62,534 nucleotides of DNA, filler included, from a candidate division TA06 bacterium SM23_40 (GCA_001303705.1; 6 parts of 6 records of this genome joined end to end with filler, not necessarily neighbours in it); one strand, 5' to 3'. Counted from the first letter of the whole stretch, positions 50,365-61,207 are shown. The notes: generated by a model not told the origin, from the letters alone. A program made the numbers and translations.

Positions 50365-50652
50365 TCATCTCGCAGGCGACGGCGCAGTGCCGGCTCTCTT
50401 CATGCCAGGCATGTCGCCTCCAACCTGGATAGTCAATATATCTTTGCGGATATCGGCCCAGGCCCAGGGACAGAACCCCTCCGGCACCTTCGCCAATTCC
50501 TCGTGGCCTTCTATCACGAATTCCTGACCGTCCCTGAAGCACTCACAGGGGCCGAGTCCCCTGTACGTGTCCTCCAGGTACTCGTCGATCAGATCCTGAT
50601 CGAGCGTCCTCTTGAGGACAGTGATCTTGCATCGAGGCACAGAAGCCGCCAT
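50365..50652 (-). CDS. TIGR04076-family protein, apparently lacking its conserved C-terminus
   Basis: CKITVLK, PC..F..GQEF, PEGFCPWAWADI. The expected C-terminal CxDG.RPV.F segment is absent. Confidence 0.6.
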   Translation of the reverse strand: MAASVPRCKITVLKRTLDQDLIDEYLEDTYRGLGPCECFRDGQEFVIEGHEELAKVPEGFCPWAWADIRKDILTIQVGGDMPGMKRAGTAPSPAR

Positions 50653-50670
50653 CGCACCAACTCCTCCTCA

Positions 50671-50746
50671 CCCGGGGACGTTGGTAGGTTCTCAAGGTTA
50701 CGATCCCGCCCGGGGACGTTGGTAGGTTCTGAAGGTTACGATCCCA
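50671..50746. repeat. Two tandem 38-bp copies of the dispersed GGGACGTTGGTAGGTTC element
   Basis: CCCGGGGACGTTGGTAGGTTCT(C/G)AAGGTTACGATCCC at 50671 and 50709. Confidence 0.88.
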
Positions 50747-50815
50747 CCGCACAGGCCAGTGCCGGGGACGCCACCCGGGGAGGTACCTAGGTTTGAAGAT
50801 TATTATCAAAATCGA

Positions 50816-51409
50816 TCAGAATTTTCTGCCGAGCTCATACGCCCGTTCGAGGTTCTCCTTGCGGACGGCCGCATCACCACCCACCATACCTCCGAGGATC
50901 TCCATCTTTGCCTGCTTCACCCCTACTCCGAGCAGCCGATCGTTGATCATGATCCGGCGCATGCTCTCTGCGATGCCGATCTCCTCGAGGTGTTCAACAG
51001 TATGCCCCGCAGGGCATACGACAAGGGCTTTCTCTACGTCGATCCTCGAGGTCACATGCTCGCCATCCGCATAGAGATACGCATACCCATACGTGAGTAC
51101 TCGGTCAAACCAACCTTTCAGTTTCGCGGGACAATCGCTCCACCACACCGGGTACACGAACGCCAGGCCATCCGCTTTGTCGATCTTCGACTGCTCCGCC
51201 TTCACATCTTCAGGTACAGGAGCTTTGGGATCCAGCGCGGTCTCCCGTTTGTATTGATCCAGGTCCATATCCGACTTGAACTCCATTTCGTACAGGTCGC
51301 CTATCTCGACTGAATGCCCGGCATGCTCGAGCCCCCGCACAAACTCTCCGAGCACCTCCCAAGTAAACGACTCCTTGCTGGGATGAGCGAAAACGACGTA
51401 CACATACAT
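50816..51409 (-). CDS. NAD(P)H-dependent oxidoreductase (flavodoxin-2 fold)
   Basis: AHPSKESFT, DLY, YPVWWSDCPAKLKGWFDRV. Confidence 0.92.
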   Translation of the reverse strand: MYVYVVFAHPSKESFTWEVLGEFVRGLEHAGHSVEIGDLYEMEFKSDMDLDQYKRETALDPKAPVPEDVKAEQSKIDKADGLAFVYPVWWSDCPAKLKGWFDRVLTYGYAYLYADGEHVTSRIDVEKALVVCPAGHTVEHLEEIGIAESMRRIMINDRLLGVGVKQAKMEILGGMVGGDAAVRKENLERAYELGRKF

Positions 51410-51769
51410 CGATCTTGCCTCACTCTCGTGCTGGTTGGCTCGTGAGATCTCGATTTCGATCGGGAACCGAATTCGACATCCCGCATTCTACCCGAGCGAG
51501 GGTGCGATGTCAACTTCTCTTACCGTCGCATGGTCTGATGCCCGCACCCCGACCTGGCGGCCTGGCCACGTCGCGGGATCATCTGGATCACCTGGATATG
51601 AGCAAAGAACTGCCGGCCACCTCAGTGACCGGCGAGTGTCGCTTGAGGCCCACTTAAGGGCCGGGAGACGTTCATGTGTCTGCCGCTGACGGACTATCCG
51701 CTGCCGGCCGTTGCCCGGCTATCTGAGTCCGGATCGGCACCTGACTGCCCATGCCGGCGAACCTGTCGA

Positions 51770-54010
51770 TTAACCCTCGAAGAAGACGACGAACTCGCCC
51801 ACGACCTCTTCGACGAATGTGGTTCCGCCGAGCTCGAATGAAACGCCGATGGTATGGCCACCTGTGGCAGTCGGATTGGCCACGCCGACATCGGGAGGCA
51901 TGTCCAGCATCGTGAAGATGATCTCGGCGGGTGGTATTGCGCCGAGCCAGTCGAAGAAGGCGTTCGCGGCGAAGTAGGGGGAGGTCAAGCCAGCGAGTCC
52001 GGGCATAAGCGAATTCGGTACGCCTGAGAGGAGGCCCATCAGGGGGCTTCCGCCAGTGACAGCGATGATTCCGAAGCTCGGTCCAAAGTCGTGGCCGCCC
52101 ACGAGGGGGTCGTAGTACCAGACATCACCCCCCTCCAGGTAGACGCTACCGCCTGCGGCGATGTACTCCTCGATCTGGAGCGCCTCGGGGGAGCCCTCCA
52201 TGATCATGGCGTTGTTCGGGTACACACCCAGACAGATGAACAGTCCGCGATACGCAAACAGGTCGTAGTTGCCCGGAGGACCCTCAACGAACTCGGAACT
52301 CCTGCCGAGGGCAGATAGCGCATCCATGATCGGCTGGCCGCTGAACGGAGTGAGATCAGCGTCCCAGATCAGATAGTCACAGACAGGGGCGATCTCGAAC
52401 GAGAAGCTATCCTCATCATAGAGCGTCGCCGGCGGTGTTCCGATCCGGGATCGATACCGATACTCGCCGAACGGCGCCGCCGACGGCACTCGGTGAGTGA
52501 GATGGCGCTGCACAGTGAAGTCGGCCGGCAACGTATATTGGTCGGGCCCCACAACTCGCACGGTATCTCCGCTCGACACCACAGCCTCTGTGAGCACCCA
52601 GAACGGCTCGGGCTGCCCCCACCGATTGATCGCCGTGTACGTCACCCCGAGTTCGCTTCCCGGGAGGACCACCGTCGTGTCGGGCGTCAAGTACAGTGTC
52701 AAGTAGTCGTCCTGGTCGAAGAAGAATGCCCCCATGTCGCTGCGCGTCCCGTCGGGATCGAGCGAGTCCGGGTGTCCTGCGTCGATGCACGGCGACTCCC
52801 ACAGCAGACGATGGTCTCGTTTGCCGGCGAGTACGAACGATGGATTCTCATCGATGTTCCCCTCACCCGGCCAGCCGCCCTCCACATCGGAATAGGTCAC
52901 CCCGATCGAACTTCCCTCCCCCACGTATATCTCAGACCCGGTTGGAGCGGTATTCTCCCAAGAGATGGAGTTGAGCACCGTCGGTGCAGCCCAGAACTCA
53001 CAGGAGATGCCGCCCCCATACAGGGCTTCGTTGCCGGCGATCGTATTCCCGGCGATGACTGTCTCACAATACTTGTTGCAGGAGATCCCGCCGCCGACAT
53101 ATTGAGCCGTATTTCCCGTGACCAGATTTCCGATGACGTCAGGGGTGGGTCCCCACAGGTAGAGGCCCGCCCCGAACTGGGCGGTATTCCCACATATCCG
53201 GTTACCCGCGAGAATGGAGGAGTCGTGGGAGATCCACCTGCGCTCCTCGCCGAGCTCACGCCCCCTTCCCCCTCTGTCCCAGGGCGCCGGACCCGCCCAT
53301 TGCAGCTCCCAGATCGGGACCAGCCAGTATACGCCTCCGCCGAAATCAGCAGTATTGCCTATGATGGTATTTCCTTCGATAGTCGGGGGGATCATCACGC
53401 AGAAGATCCCGCCGCCCGAGTCGGCTGCGTTGGCGGTGACCAGATTGCCAGTGATCATTGCGGGGGACCGGTCGAGGTTGATCCCGCCGCCCCAGGTAGC
53501 CGTATTTCCTGAGATCGCGTTGCCCTCGATGAGGGCGGCAGACGAGTCACAGTGGATGCCGCCTCCGCACACCGCGGTGTTCGCGGCGATCGCGTTGCCT
53601 GCAATAGTCGGAGAGGCCCCGCCGAGGCAGGCGATGCCTCCGCCGTACTCGTCCCCGATCGAATACCCGTTGCGGATTGTGAACCCCTGCAACACCGAAC
53701 TCGACTGCTCTCCACTGTGGAAGCAGAATCCCCTGTGTGGATCCATCGAGCTTCCCTGGCAGTTGATGATAGTCACCTGTGGCCCGTTCTCGGACATCAC
53801 GACGATGCTCTTGCCAAGGAAGTCGATGTCCCGGTTCCCGTCCCCTGTGTAGCTGCCATTCGCGACAAGCACCGTATCTCCGTTCACCGCAGCATCGATC
53901 CCCGCCTGGATCGTCGGATACTGGCTCGGAACGTGAAGGACGGTGCCCAGTGCAGTCACGCTCGATCCCGCGACGAGTGCTCCGGCCATTAAGATCTCTA
54001 GCGCTCTCAT
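51770..54010 (-). CDS. Secreted right-handed beta-helix repeat protein
   Basis: Signal peptide, VPSQYPTIQAGID, repeated N.A..GGGI.C, SPCIDAG..DMGA. Confidence 0.85.
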   Translation of the reverse strand: MRALEILMAGALVAGSSVTALGTVLHVPSQYPTIQAGIDAAVNGDTVLVANGSYTGDGNRDIDFLGKSIVVMSENGPQVTIINCQGSSMDPHRGFCFHSGEQSSSVLQGFTIRNGYSIGDEYGGGIACLGGASPTIAGNAIAANTAVCGGGIHCDSSAALIEGNAISGNTATWGGGINLDRSPAMITGNLVTANAADSGGGIFCVMIPPTIEGNTIIGNTADFGGGVYWLVPIWELQWAGPAPWDRGGRGRELGEERRWISHDSSILAGNRICGNTAQFGAGLYLWGPTPDVIGNLVTGNTAQYVGGGISCNKYCETVIAGNTIAGNEALYGGGISCEFWAAPTVLNSISWENTAPTGSEIYVGEGSSIGVTYSDVEGGWPGEGNIDENPSFVLAGKRDHRLLWESPCIDAGHPDSLDPDGTRSDMGAFFFDQDDYLTLYLTPDTTVVLPGSELGVTYTAINRWGQPEPFWVLTEAVVSSGDTVRVVGPDQYTLPADFTVQRHLTHRVPSAAPFGEYRYRSRIGTPPATLYDEDSFSFEIAPVCDYLIWDADLTPFSGQPIMDALSALGRSSEFVEGPPGNYDLFAYRGLFICLGVYPNNAMIMEGSPEALQIEEYIAAGGSVYLEGGDVWYYDPLVGGHDFGPSFGIIAVTGGSPLMGLLSGVPNSLMPGLAGLTSPYFAANAFFDWLGAIPPAEIIFTMLDMPPDVGVANPTATGGHTIGVSFELGGTTFVEEVVGEFVVFFEG

Positions 54011-54077
54011 TATCCCTCACCCCCCTCTAACGGCCTGTCAGCCCAGCTGAGCAACCAACCAGAACGACAAACCTTCC

Positions 54078-55108
54078 CTACTCCGCGGGCGGCCACACGA
54101 TAGCGAACTCAAAGCAGTCCTCAACCCAGATCGAATCTGGATGAGCTCCGGTCCGACAACAGAGCCTGTACGGTTCACCAAACGGCGCCCCCATCGGGAC
54201 ACGCACGTGGCGTCGCACACCGTACAGCCCCCCGTTGCCACCAAGAGTGATCTCCACGGGACCGAGCGCGGGATTCCTCGCGTACGGGTTGCCGTTCAGC
54301 AGGTAGGCATCTACCCATCCGTCGAATGTGAGTGTGCTGTCAGTAACGTTTACGACATCGATGCTGAACCACAAGTCCTCGCCCCGGACGACCTGGGTCG
54401 TGTCCGGCGTCACACAGACCCACAGTAGCGGCGTCGGCCCAGCAGTGCAGGGATAGTAGTGGTAGCCCATGTCGGGAGGCCATACGTCACAGACTTCATC
54501 GGTTCTCGTGGTCCCTTCCGGCACAGCCGAATCCGGATCGCCACCGTCCACACACGGACTCTGCTCGGGTTGGCCGGCGATCGTCTGACTCAGATAGTAA
54601 TCGCCCTGTGGGCCGGTCGCGAACAACGGATCGGCGTCGATATTGCCGACGCCGGGCCAGCCATCCTGCACATCCGAATAGGTGACAGTACACGGCCCTG
54701 AGATCTGGGGTCCCGTGCTCGCATTGTTGCCCCAGACTATCGAGTTGGTGACCGTTCCGGTCGAGTTGTACCAGCATATTCCTCCGCCATCGTCGGCCAT
54801 GTTCCCCACGATCGTATTGCCACCGATCGGTGGGGAAGAGCTGGAGCAGACTATCCCGCCACCGAGCGGTCCGCCGGAATTATCTGCGATCAGGTTGCCC
54901 TCGATCGAACCCGACGAGAGATAATAATGAATACCACCACCAGAGCTACCTCCCACATTGCCCGAGATGATGTTGCCGCGGACGATCGCGCTACCTGAAT
55001 GGCAGATTATTCCTCCGCCATTGCGTGTCGCTACGTTCCCCACAATCGTGTTGTCAGCGATCATGGCCAAGAAACCATTGTAGCAAAGGATCCCTCCGCC
55101 ATTCCAGG
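54078..55108 (-). CDS. Beta-helix repeat protein paralog (5' truncated)
   Basis: GGGI repeats, YSDVQDGWPG.GNIDADP, SPCVDGG, DMGYHY. Confidence 0.82.
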
Positions 55109-55208
55109 NNNNNNNNNNNNNNNNNNNNNNNNNNNNNNNNNNNNNNNNNNNNTTAATTAATTAANNNNNNNNNNNNNNNNNNNNNNNNNNNNNNNNNNNN
55201 NNNNNNNN
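55109..55208. other. Artificial contig spacer
   Basis: N-TTAATTAATTAA-N. Confidence 0.98.
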
Positions 55209-55272
55209 AGGCGACTCCTGTCGTCGGCGACTCCTGCACTTCATCGCTCTATTTCGAAAGACGGGGGTGCCA

Positions 55273-56961
55273 ATGAAGGGATACCTCATAACCGGCATCG
55301 TAGTGGGCGCGGCCGTGGCCCTCGCCTGCGCGAACGGAGGTGCAGCGCAGACACTGCCGGATCAGGTAGACGAGCGGCTCCGGGCCCGGCTCGAGGCTGC
55401 CGGAGTCCCGGCGAGGGCGGTAGTGGGTGACGAACTCGTCTATGCCTCGATCGCTTTGCCGCGTTTCTACGAGATCCGTACCTATCGGCCAGCCTGGAGT
55501 GACGACAGTGGACCGACTGCAGACACGGACAGCCTCGTTGCGGCGATCCGGGACGCAGATCGCGAGGGCCTGGAGTCCGAACACTATCATCTGGCGGAGA
55601 TCGTGGAGACGCTCAAGGAGATCCGCGAGAACCAAGCTCTTCGAAGACCACTCGACCCCCGAAGGCTGGCAGACCTCGATCTGTTGCTCACCGACGCGTT
55701 TCTGCTGTACGCGTCCCATCTTCTCGCCGGACGCGTCAACCCGGAGACGATCGATCCGGAATGGCACGCCAACCGGCGCGACTCTGATCTTTCCGTTGTC
55801 CTGCAGGACGCCCTCGCCTCCGGGCGTTTCCGCGACACCCTGGAGCAACTGCTTCCCCATCACGTCGGGTACAGGAGATTGCGGCAGACTCTCGCGCAGT
55901 ATCGCGAGCTGGCGGCCCAAGGGGGATGGCAGAAGGTGCCGGAAGGTCCCAAGATGGAGAAGGGGGATCGCGGTGACCGAATCCGCCTCCTGCGCAGCCG
56001 GATGGAGGCTGCTGGCGCTCCTGTCCGCACGGCGGCCAGCCATGACGATCTCTTCGACGAGGCACTCGAACAGACCGTGCGCACCTTCCAGAGGCGATAC
56101 GGGCTCGATGTCGATGGCGTAGTGGGACAGGCCACACTGGCGGCGCTCAACATCCCGGTCGAGGCTCGGATCGACCAGATCGAGGTGAATCTGGAGCGGT
56201 GGCGGTGGCTTCCCCAGGAACTCGGGCCGCGGCACGTCATCATCAATATCGCCAACTTCGACCTGGATGTTGTCGAGGGCGGCCGGACGGTGCTCTCAAT
56301 GCTCGCAATAGTGGGAAGGCCCTACCGGCGAACGCCCATCTTCAGCGACAGGATGACCTATCTCGTGCTGAATCCCCACTGGCACGTCCCTACGAGCATC
56401 GCCGTGTTGGACATCCTGCCCACGCTGCGCACCGACGCCGGTTACCTGGCCAGCCAGAACATGAGGGTGTTGCAGGGCTGGGGCTCCCAGGAGCGCGAGA
56501 TCGATCCCCGGTCGATCAATTGGTCCGAAGTCTCCGCCGCCAACTTCCCCTACAGGTTGCGGCAGGACCCGGGGCCGGGTAACGCCCTGGGCCGTGTGAA
56601 GTTCATGTTCCCCAATAAGTTCAACGTATATCTCCATGACACGCCGGCGCGAGACCTTTTTGCCAGGACGCGGCGCACCTTCAGCTCTGGCTGCATTCGG
56701 ATCGAGAAGCCGATCGATCTGGCGGAGTATCTGCTGCGGGGCGATCCGCAGTGGACGCGGGAGAAGATCCTCGCCGCTATCGACAGACGCGTCGAACAGA
56801 CAGTGCGGTTACCAGAAGCGATCCCGATTCACCTGCTCTACTGGACCGCCTGGGCTGATGAGGACGGATCTATTCAATTCCGGAACGATATCTATGACCG
56901 AGACAGACTCGTGCTCGAGGCGCTCCGCAGTGGACCGCCCGAGCCAACGGAAGAGAAATAG
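55273..56961 (+). CDS. L,D-transpeptidase, YcbB/LdtD family
   Basis: PG-binding FQRRYGL.VDGVVG, NLERWRW, NALG.VKFMFPN, YLHDTP, SSGCIR. Confidence 0.92.
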   Translation: MKGYLITGIVVGAAVALACANGGAAQTLPDQVDERLRARLEAAGVPARAVVGDELVYASIALPRFYEIRTYRPAWSDDSGPTADTDSLVAAIRDADREGLESEHYHLAEIVETLKEIRENQALRRPLDPRRLADLDLLLTDAFLLYASHLLAGRVNPETIDPEWHANRRDSDLSVVLQDALASGRFRDTLEQLLPHHVGYRRLRQTLAQYRELAAQGGWQKVPEGPKMEKGDRGDRIRLLRSRMEAAGAPVRTAASHDDLFDEALEQTVRTFQRRYGLDVDGVVGQATLAALNIPVEARIDQIEVNLERWRWLPQELGPRHVIINIANFDLDVVEGGRTVLSMLAIVGRPYRRTPIFSDRMTYLVLNPHWHVPTSIAVLDILPTLRTDAGYLASQNMRVLQGWGSQEREIDPRSINWSEVSAANFPYRLRQDPGPGNALGRVKFMFPNKFNVYLHDTPARDLFARTRRTFSSGCIRIEKPIDLAEYLLRGDPQWTREKILAAIDRRVEQTVRLPEAIPIHLLYWTAWADEDGSIQFRNDIYDRDRLVLEALRSGPPEPTEEK

Positions 56962-56972
56962 GAGACACTCAG

Positions 56973-57980
56973 ATGCTTCGAACTCCTGACAGATCGGCTC
57001 CTGCCGCGGTGTGCTTCGTCGTCGCGTCGGCCTTCATCCTGGCCGCAGCTGGCGGCGCCTCGGGTCGAACGGATGGCGGCTTCTCCCCCGAGAAGGCCAG
57101 TTTGGCCTTACGGGTCGGAGATCTCGTGGTGCCCTACCGCGTCTTCGCCATCTCCGCCATGCCCGAAGAGATCGTACCGCTCGAAGTTCTCGGTTCCGGG
57201 GATTTCGTATCCGGAGGGGAAGAGCGCTATCTCCTCGAGCCTTCGCGCGACGGGATCGCCCGGAAAGGGCCCGGGCGATGGCAGTGGCAGGTCCCGAAGG
57301 AGGCAGGCCTCTACCCGATCCGAATAGTGGATACGGAGGCCGCTGACACCATCACCCTCAATGCTTTCGTAATCGTGCCCTACGATCAGCTGGAGGGCGA
57401 ATACCTCAATGGCTACCGAATCGGCAGATACCCTGCGATACCTCTGAAGCGACTACCGATCTATAAGCCACCCCGGGGCTTCATCGAGGTAACAGAGGAG
57501 AACGCGGAGACCTACGTCGCGCCGCACTTCCGGCTGAGCCAGTTTCTATGCAAACAGGGTGGAGATTATCCGAGATATTTGGTTCTGAAGGGGAAGCTGC
57601 TCCTCAAGCTGGAGCTCATACTCGAGAAGGTGAACGAAAAAGGCTATCCCTGCACTACTCTGCACATCATGAGTGGGTACCGTACACCCTACTACAACAG
57701 AGTGATTGGAAACGTCAAGTACAGCCGCCACATCTACGGCGGCGCGGCGGACATATTCATCGACGAGGACCCCAGGGATGACATGATGGACGATCTCAAC
57801 AAGGACGGCAAGATCGATTACCGAGATGCTGCCGTCCTCTATGGCATCATCGATCGAATGTACGGGAGATCCTGGTACGAACCCTTCGTCGGCGGCCTTG
57901 CCAGATACAAGAAGACCGCCTCACACGGGCCGTTCGTCCATGTGGACGTGCGAGGCTTCCACGCCAGGTGGGGAGACTGA
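56973..57980 (+). CDS. Peptidase M15A-family (MepK/YcbK-like) exported Zn peptidase
   Basis: HF.L..F.CK, SGYRTP.YN, SRH.YG.AADI, FVHVDVRG, adjacent to the LDT gene. Confidence 0.82.
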   Translation: MLRTPDRSAPAAVCFVVASAFILAAAGGASGRTDGGFSPEKASLALRVGDLVVPYRVFAISAMPEEIVPLEVLGSGDFVSGGEERYLLEPSRDGIARKGPGRWQWQVPKEAGLYPIRIVDTEAADTITLNAFVIVPYDQLEGEYLNGYRIGRYPAIPLKRLPIYKPPRGFIEVTEENAETYVAPHFRLSQFLCKQGGDYPRYLVLKGKLLLKLELILEKVNEKGYPCTTLHIMSGYRTPYYNRVIGNVKYSRHIYGGAADIFIDEDPRDDMMDDLNKDGKIDYRDAAVLYGIIDRMYGRSWYEPFVGGLARYKKTASHGPFVHVDVRGFHARWGD

Positions 57981-58056
57981 AGTCACCCGCTGCAACATGG
58001 CGGCCGTCCTCGCAACAATCGCCCGGTGGATGTCCAAGGCCACATCGTCCCCCCCA

Positions 58057-58096
58057 GGGACGTTGGTAGGTCCTGAAGGTTACGGGCGGGAACGTC
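58057..58096. repeat. Dispersed GGGACGTTGGTAGG element copy
   Basis: GGGACGTTGGTAGGTCCTGAAGGTTACG...AACGTC. Confidence 0.8.
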
Positions 58097-58508
58097 TGTA
58101 GCATAGCAGCAACGGACCCCCGGTCAATTGCCTCTTTCACCCGATGTCAATGCCACATAGAAATATCCTATTCTTCGCCAAGTAGAAACGTCCCGTTTTG
58201 CCCGACGGCATGGAGGGCCCGATCCACAGACGCCCGCGGCCCGCTACGAGGCTATCCGGACAGGCACATCCCCCCGCTACGTCTCGCTGCGATCGCGCAA
58301 TGATAACGAATCACTCTAACTGAGAAGCGTATTCCCCTGATGCTAAATGCGTTAGCTGTTTTCCATCGGCCTGTCGAAATCCCCTGCGTCTCCCGGGTGC
58401 TGCGCGACGCGGCACCAAGCGGCTGGGCTGTCCCTTTCCTGTGTGGCGCAGAGCTCAGGCCCACTGCTGGCGCCGGTCGCGATGCGCCCCGGACACCGTA
58501 CGGCCCGC

Positions 58509-58712
58509 CTACTCGACATGATAGTCCTCGGGGCCGGCAGTGCTGGGCCAGCTGGCGGCCACGACCCGCTTGTACACGACCTGATAGCATTGCCCCACAA
58601 CATCCGCCAGGTCAAGGGGCTGCTTGGACTGAGCTCCTTTTCCGCCAAAGAACCCGTTGCCAATCATCGCCACAATGATGTCTCCGGCGATCTCCTCCGC
58701 CTTCTTGTTCAT
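58509..58712 (-). CDS. Small hypothetical protein
   Basis: Strong AGGAGGAG RBS, 67 aa with protein-like composition. Confidence 0.55.
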   Translation of the reverse strand: MNKKAEEIAGDIIVAMIGNGFFGGKGAQSKQPLDLADVVGQCYQVVYKRVVAASWPSTAGPEDYHVE

Positions 58713-58941
58713 TCCTCTCCTCCTCTACGTTGACCCTGCGAATACGGGCAGAGATCCAGTACATCGTATACCACGCTCTGGCGGCTTCGGCAAGAGCCTT
58801 CTGTTGGATGCCGAACGAAGAGTAAGCGACAGAAAATCCCCATCTCGCGGGGCGCTACGGCTGTGGCCTCGCAGTCCGGGGAGCTGGTTTCCCAGCATTG
58901 CGTCCTCGCCGCCGGGACAGAAGCGAGTAGTCCAGGTGCGG

Positions 58942-60749
58942 TTACGGTTGGGCCACCACGAATGTGAACTCGTCCCGGTCGTACACCACCGCAGGCGGCA
59001 CACCGATTCCGGACCGATACACATAGGTCCCCTGTGGCGCCGTCGCCGGCACCTCGCGATCCAGGTGGCGCTGTGTGACAAAGTGGGCGGGCAGGGTGTA
59101 CCGGTCCGGGCCGCATAGACCCAGAATGCCACCCCGCGGCAAGATAACCTGCGTCAGGATCCAGAGCGCCTCGGGCTGGGCCCACCGGTTGATGAGAGTA
59201 TAGGTGACGCCGAGCTCACCGCCCGGCAGGACCTCAGTGGTATCCGGCGTGAGGTACAGGGTCAGGTAGTCTTCCTGATCAAAGAAGTGAGCACCCATGT
59301 CGCTGCGGGTCCCGTCTTGATCGAGGGAGTCGGGATGTCCGGAATCGATGCACGGCGAACCCCAGAGGAGACGGTAATCCCCCTTCTCTGCCAACACGAA
59401 TACCGGATCGGCATCGATGTTTCCGCCGCCGGGCCACCCGCCTTCAACATCGGAATAGCTGATCGTGATCGAACTAGACGTGTCGAGCGATACCTCTGGC
59501 CCCGTCAGCGCGCTATCACCCCAGAGGATCGAGTTCATGACGGTGATTGAGGAATTCCCGTAGCAGTCGACCCCGCCCCCCTGAGCGGAGGCCCTGTTTT
59601 CTGCAACGGTGCTACCGGAGAGCGTCATCGTAGAATGATCGAGGCAATGGATACCGCCGCCGCGCTCGTTGGCCGTGTTTCCCGTGATCGTATTCCCGGC
59701 GAGCGTCATCGATGAGTGGCGCCAGCAATGGATGCCGCCGCCGCACTCGGAGGCGGCGTTTAACGCAATGATATTGTTGCGCACCTCTGCAGAAGAATAG
59801 GCCCAGCAGAGAATCCCAGCGCGATTATGCCGCCCCCCCACTCGGCCGAGTTCGCTGTGATCCTATTCCCTATGATGGCCGGCGAGACACCGTGACAACG
59901 GATCCCTCCTCCGATCACACCGGCATTTCCCGTGATCACGTTGCCGAGGATGGCAGGAGAATGCAGAGACCAACAGCAGATCCCCCCGCCCTCCCAGGCG
60001 ACATTTGCCGCGATGATGTTATTCTCGATGATCGAGCTAGACCTTCCACAGGCAACTCCACCACCGTGGTCATACGGTGCCCTGTTCTCGATGATTTCGT
60101 TGTCCCTTATGGTGGGCGAGGCGTCCCAACAATAGACCCCCCCGCCAATCAGCAAGGCGGTGTTGCCCGTGATGAGGTTGCCCGTGATGAAGGCCGAGGC
60201 GTCGTGTGCGCAGCAGATCCCCCCGCCGAGATCTGCCGTGTCTTCCATGACGGTGTTGCCGGCAATCGTGGGGCTCGACTCTCCCTCACAGTAGATCCCT
60301 CCTCCCCATGCTCCGCTCCTGTTCGCGGTGATTGTGTTCCCCAAGATCGAGGGGGAGGATGCAAGGCAGTAGATTCCTCCGCCGTTGCCGGTCGCGATCC
60401 ACCCGTTGCTGATCGTGAAGCCCCGCACGACCGCGTCAGAGCCTTCTCCGGTGTGGAAATAGAATCCTCGATGGGGTTCTGATGCAGTGCCCTGACAATC
60501 AATGATGGTTAGATCAGGCCCATTCTCGGACACCAGGAGTAGCGCCTTGCCGTAGAAATCGATATCTCGGTTGCCGTCGCCCGTGTATGTGCCATCGGCG
60601 ACGAGCACTGTATCCCCGCCCACTGCCGCGTCGATCCCCGCCTGGATTGTCGGGTACTCGAGCGGAACGTGGATCACAGCGCCAGACGCGATCGATATGA
60701 GGCCGACCACAGCATGAGATGCTGCCACCCACGACCACACCTGCTTCAT
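58942..60749 (-). pseudogene. Beta-helix repeat secreted protein, split by a frameshift at ~59815-59840
   Basis: ORFs 60749-59760 and 59841-58942 together are colinear with the N-terminal ~540 aa of the 51770-54010 paralog. The frame changes between WGGGI and GILCW. Confidence 0.8.
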
Positions 60750-61066
60750 TTTCGTCTCACCCCCTCCGGAAGGGTCCGTGGAACAAGCAAGAGAACGACC
60801 CCTTCCCGGTATGCTCGGTGCCGTTCTCCAGGAACCAGCCTATGCTATTGTGACACAACAGCCCTTCCCGACGCCACCGCGCGCGATCTGCTTCCCCTCA
60901 ATGAGCAGAACTATCGGGAATTCATTTGCTGTACGCGGCCTCTGATTCCCCCCTTCTCTGAAGATCGTTCGGAATCCGGCCAGAACCGCCCCTATGGAGC
61001 CACCCTGGTATGGTATCGCCATTTACAGAGGATGTCAAGTGAATAGACGCCCGCGCGACATTCATG

Positions 61067-61095
61067 TTGACCCGAGGCCTCCACAGGATTATACT
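61067..61095 (+). promoter_or_regulatory. Sigma-70 promoter
   Basis: TTGACC-17-TATACT upstream of 61208. Confidence 0.6.
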
Positions 61096-61207
61096 TCTCC
61101 ATCGACTTCTTGGCACAAGGAAAACTATGCCGGCTTGGCGCTTGGGGTGCCCTGACACCTCCGGCAAGCCGCTGTCGACCATCGCCTGAACCAGGAGGTC
61201 ATCTGCG

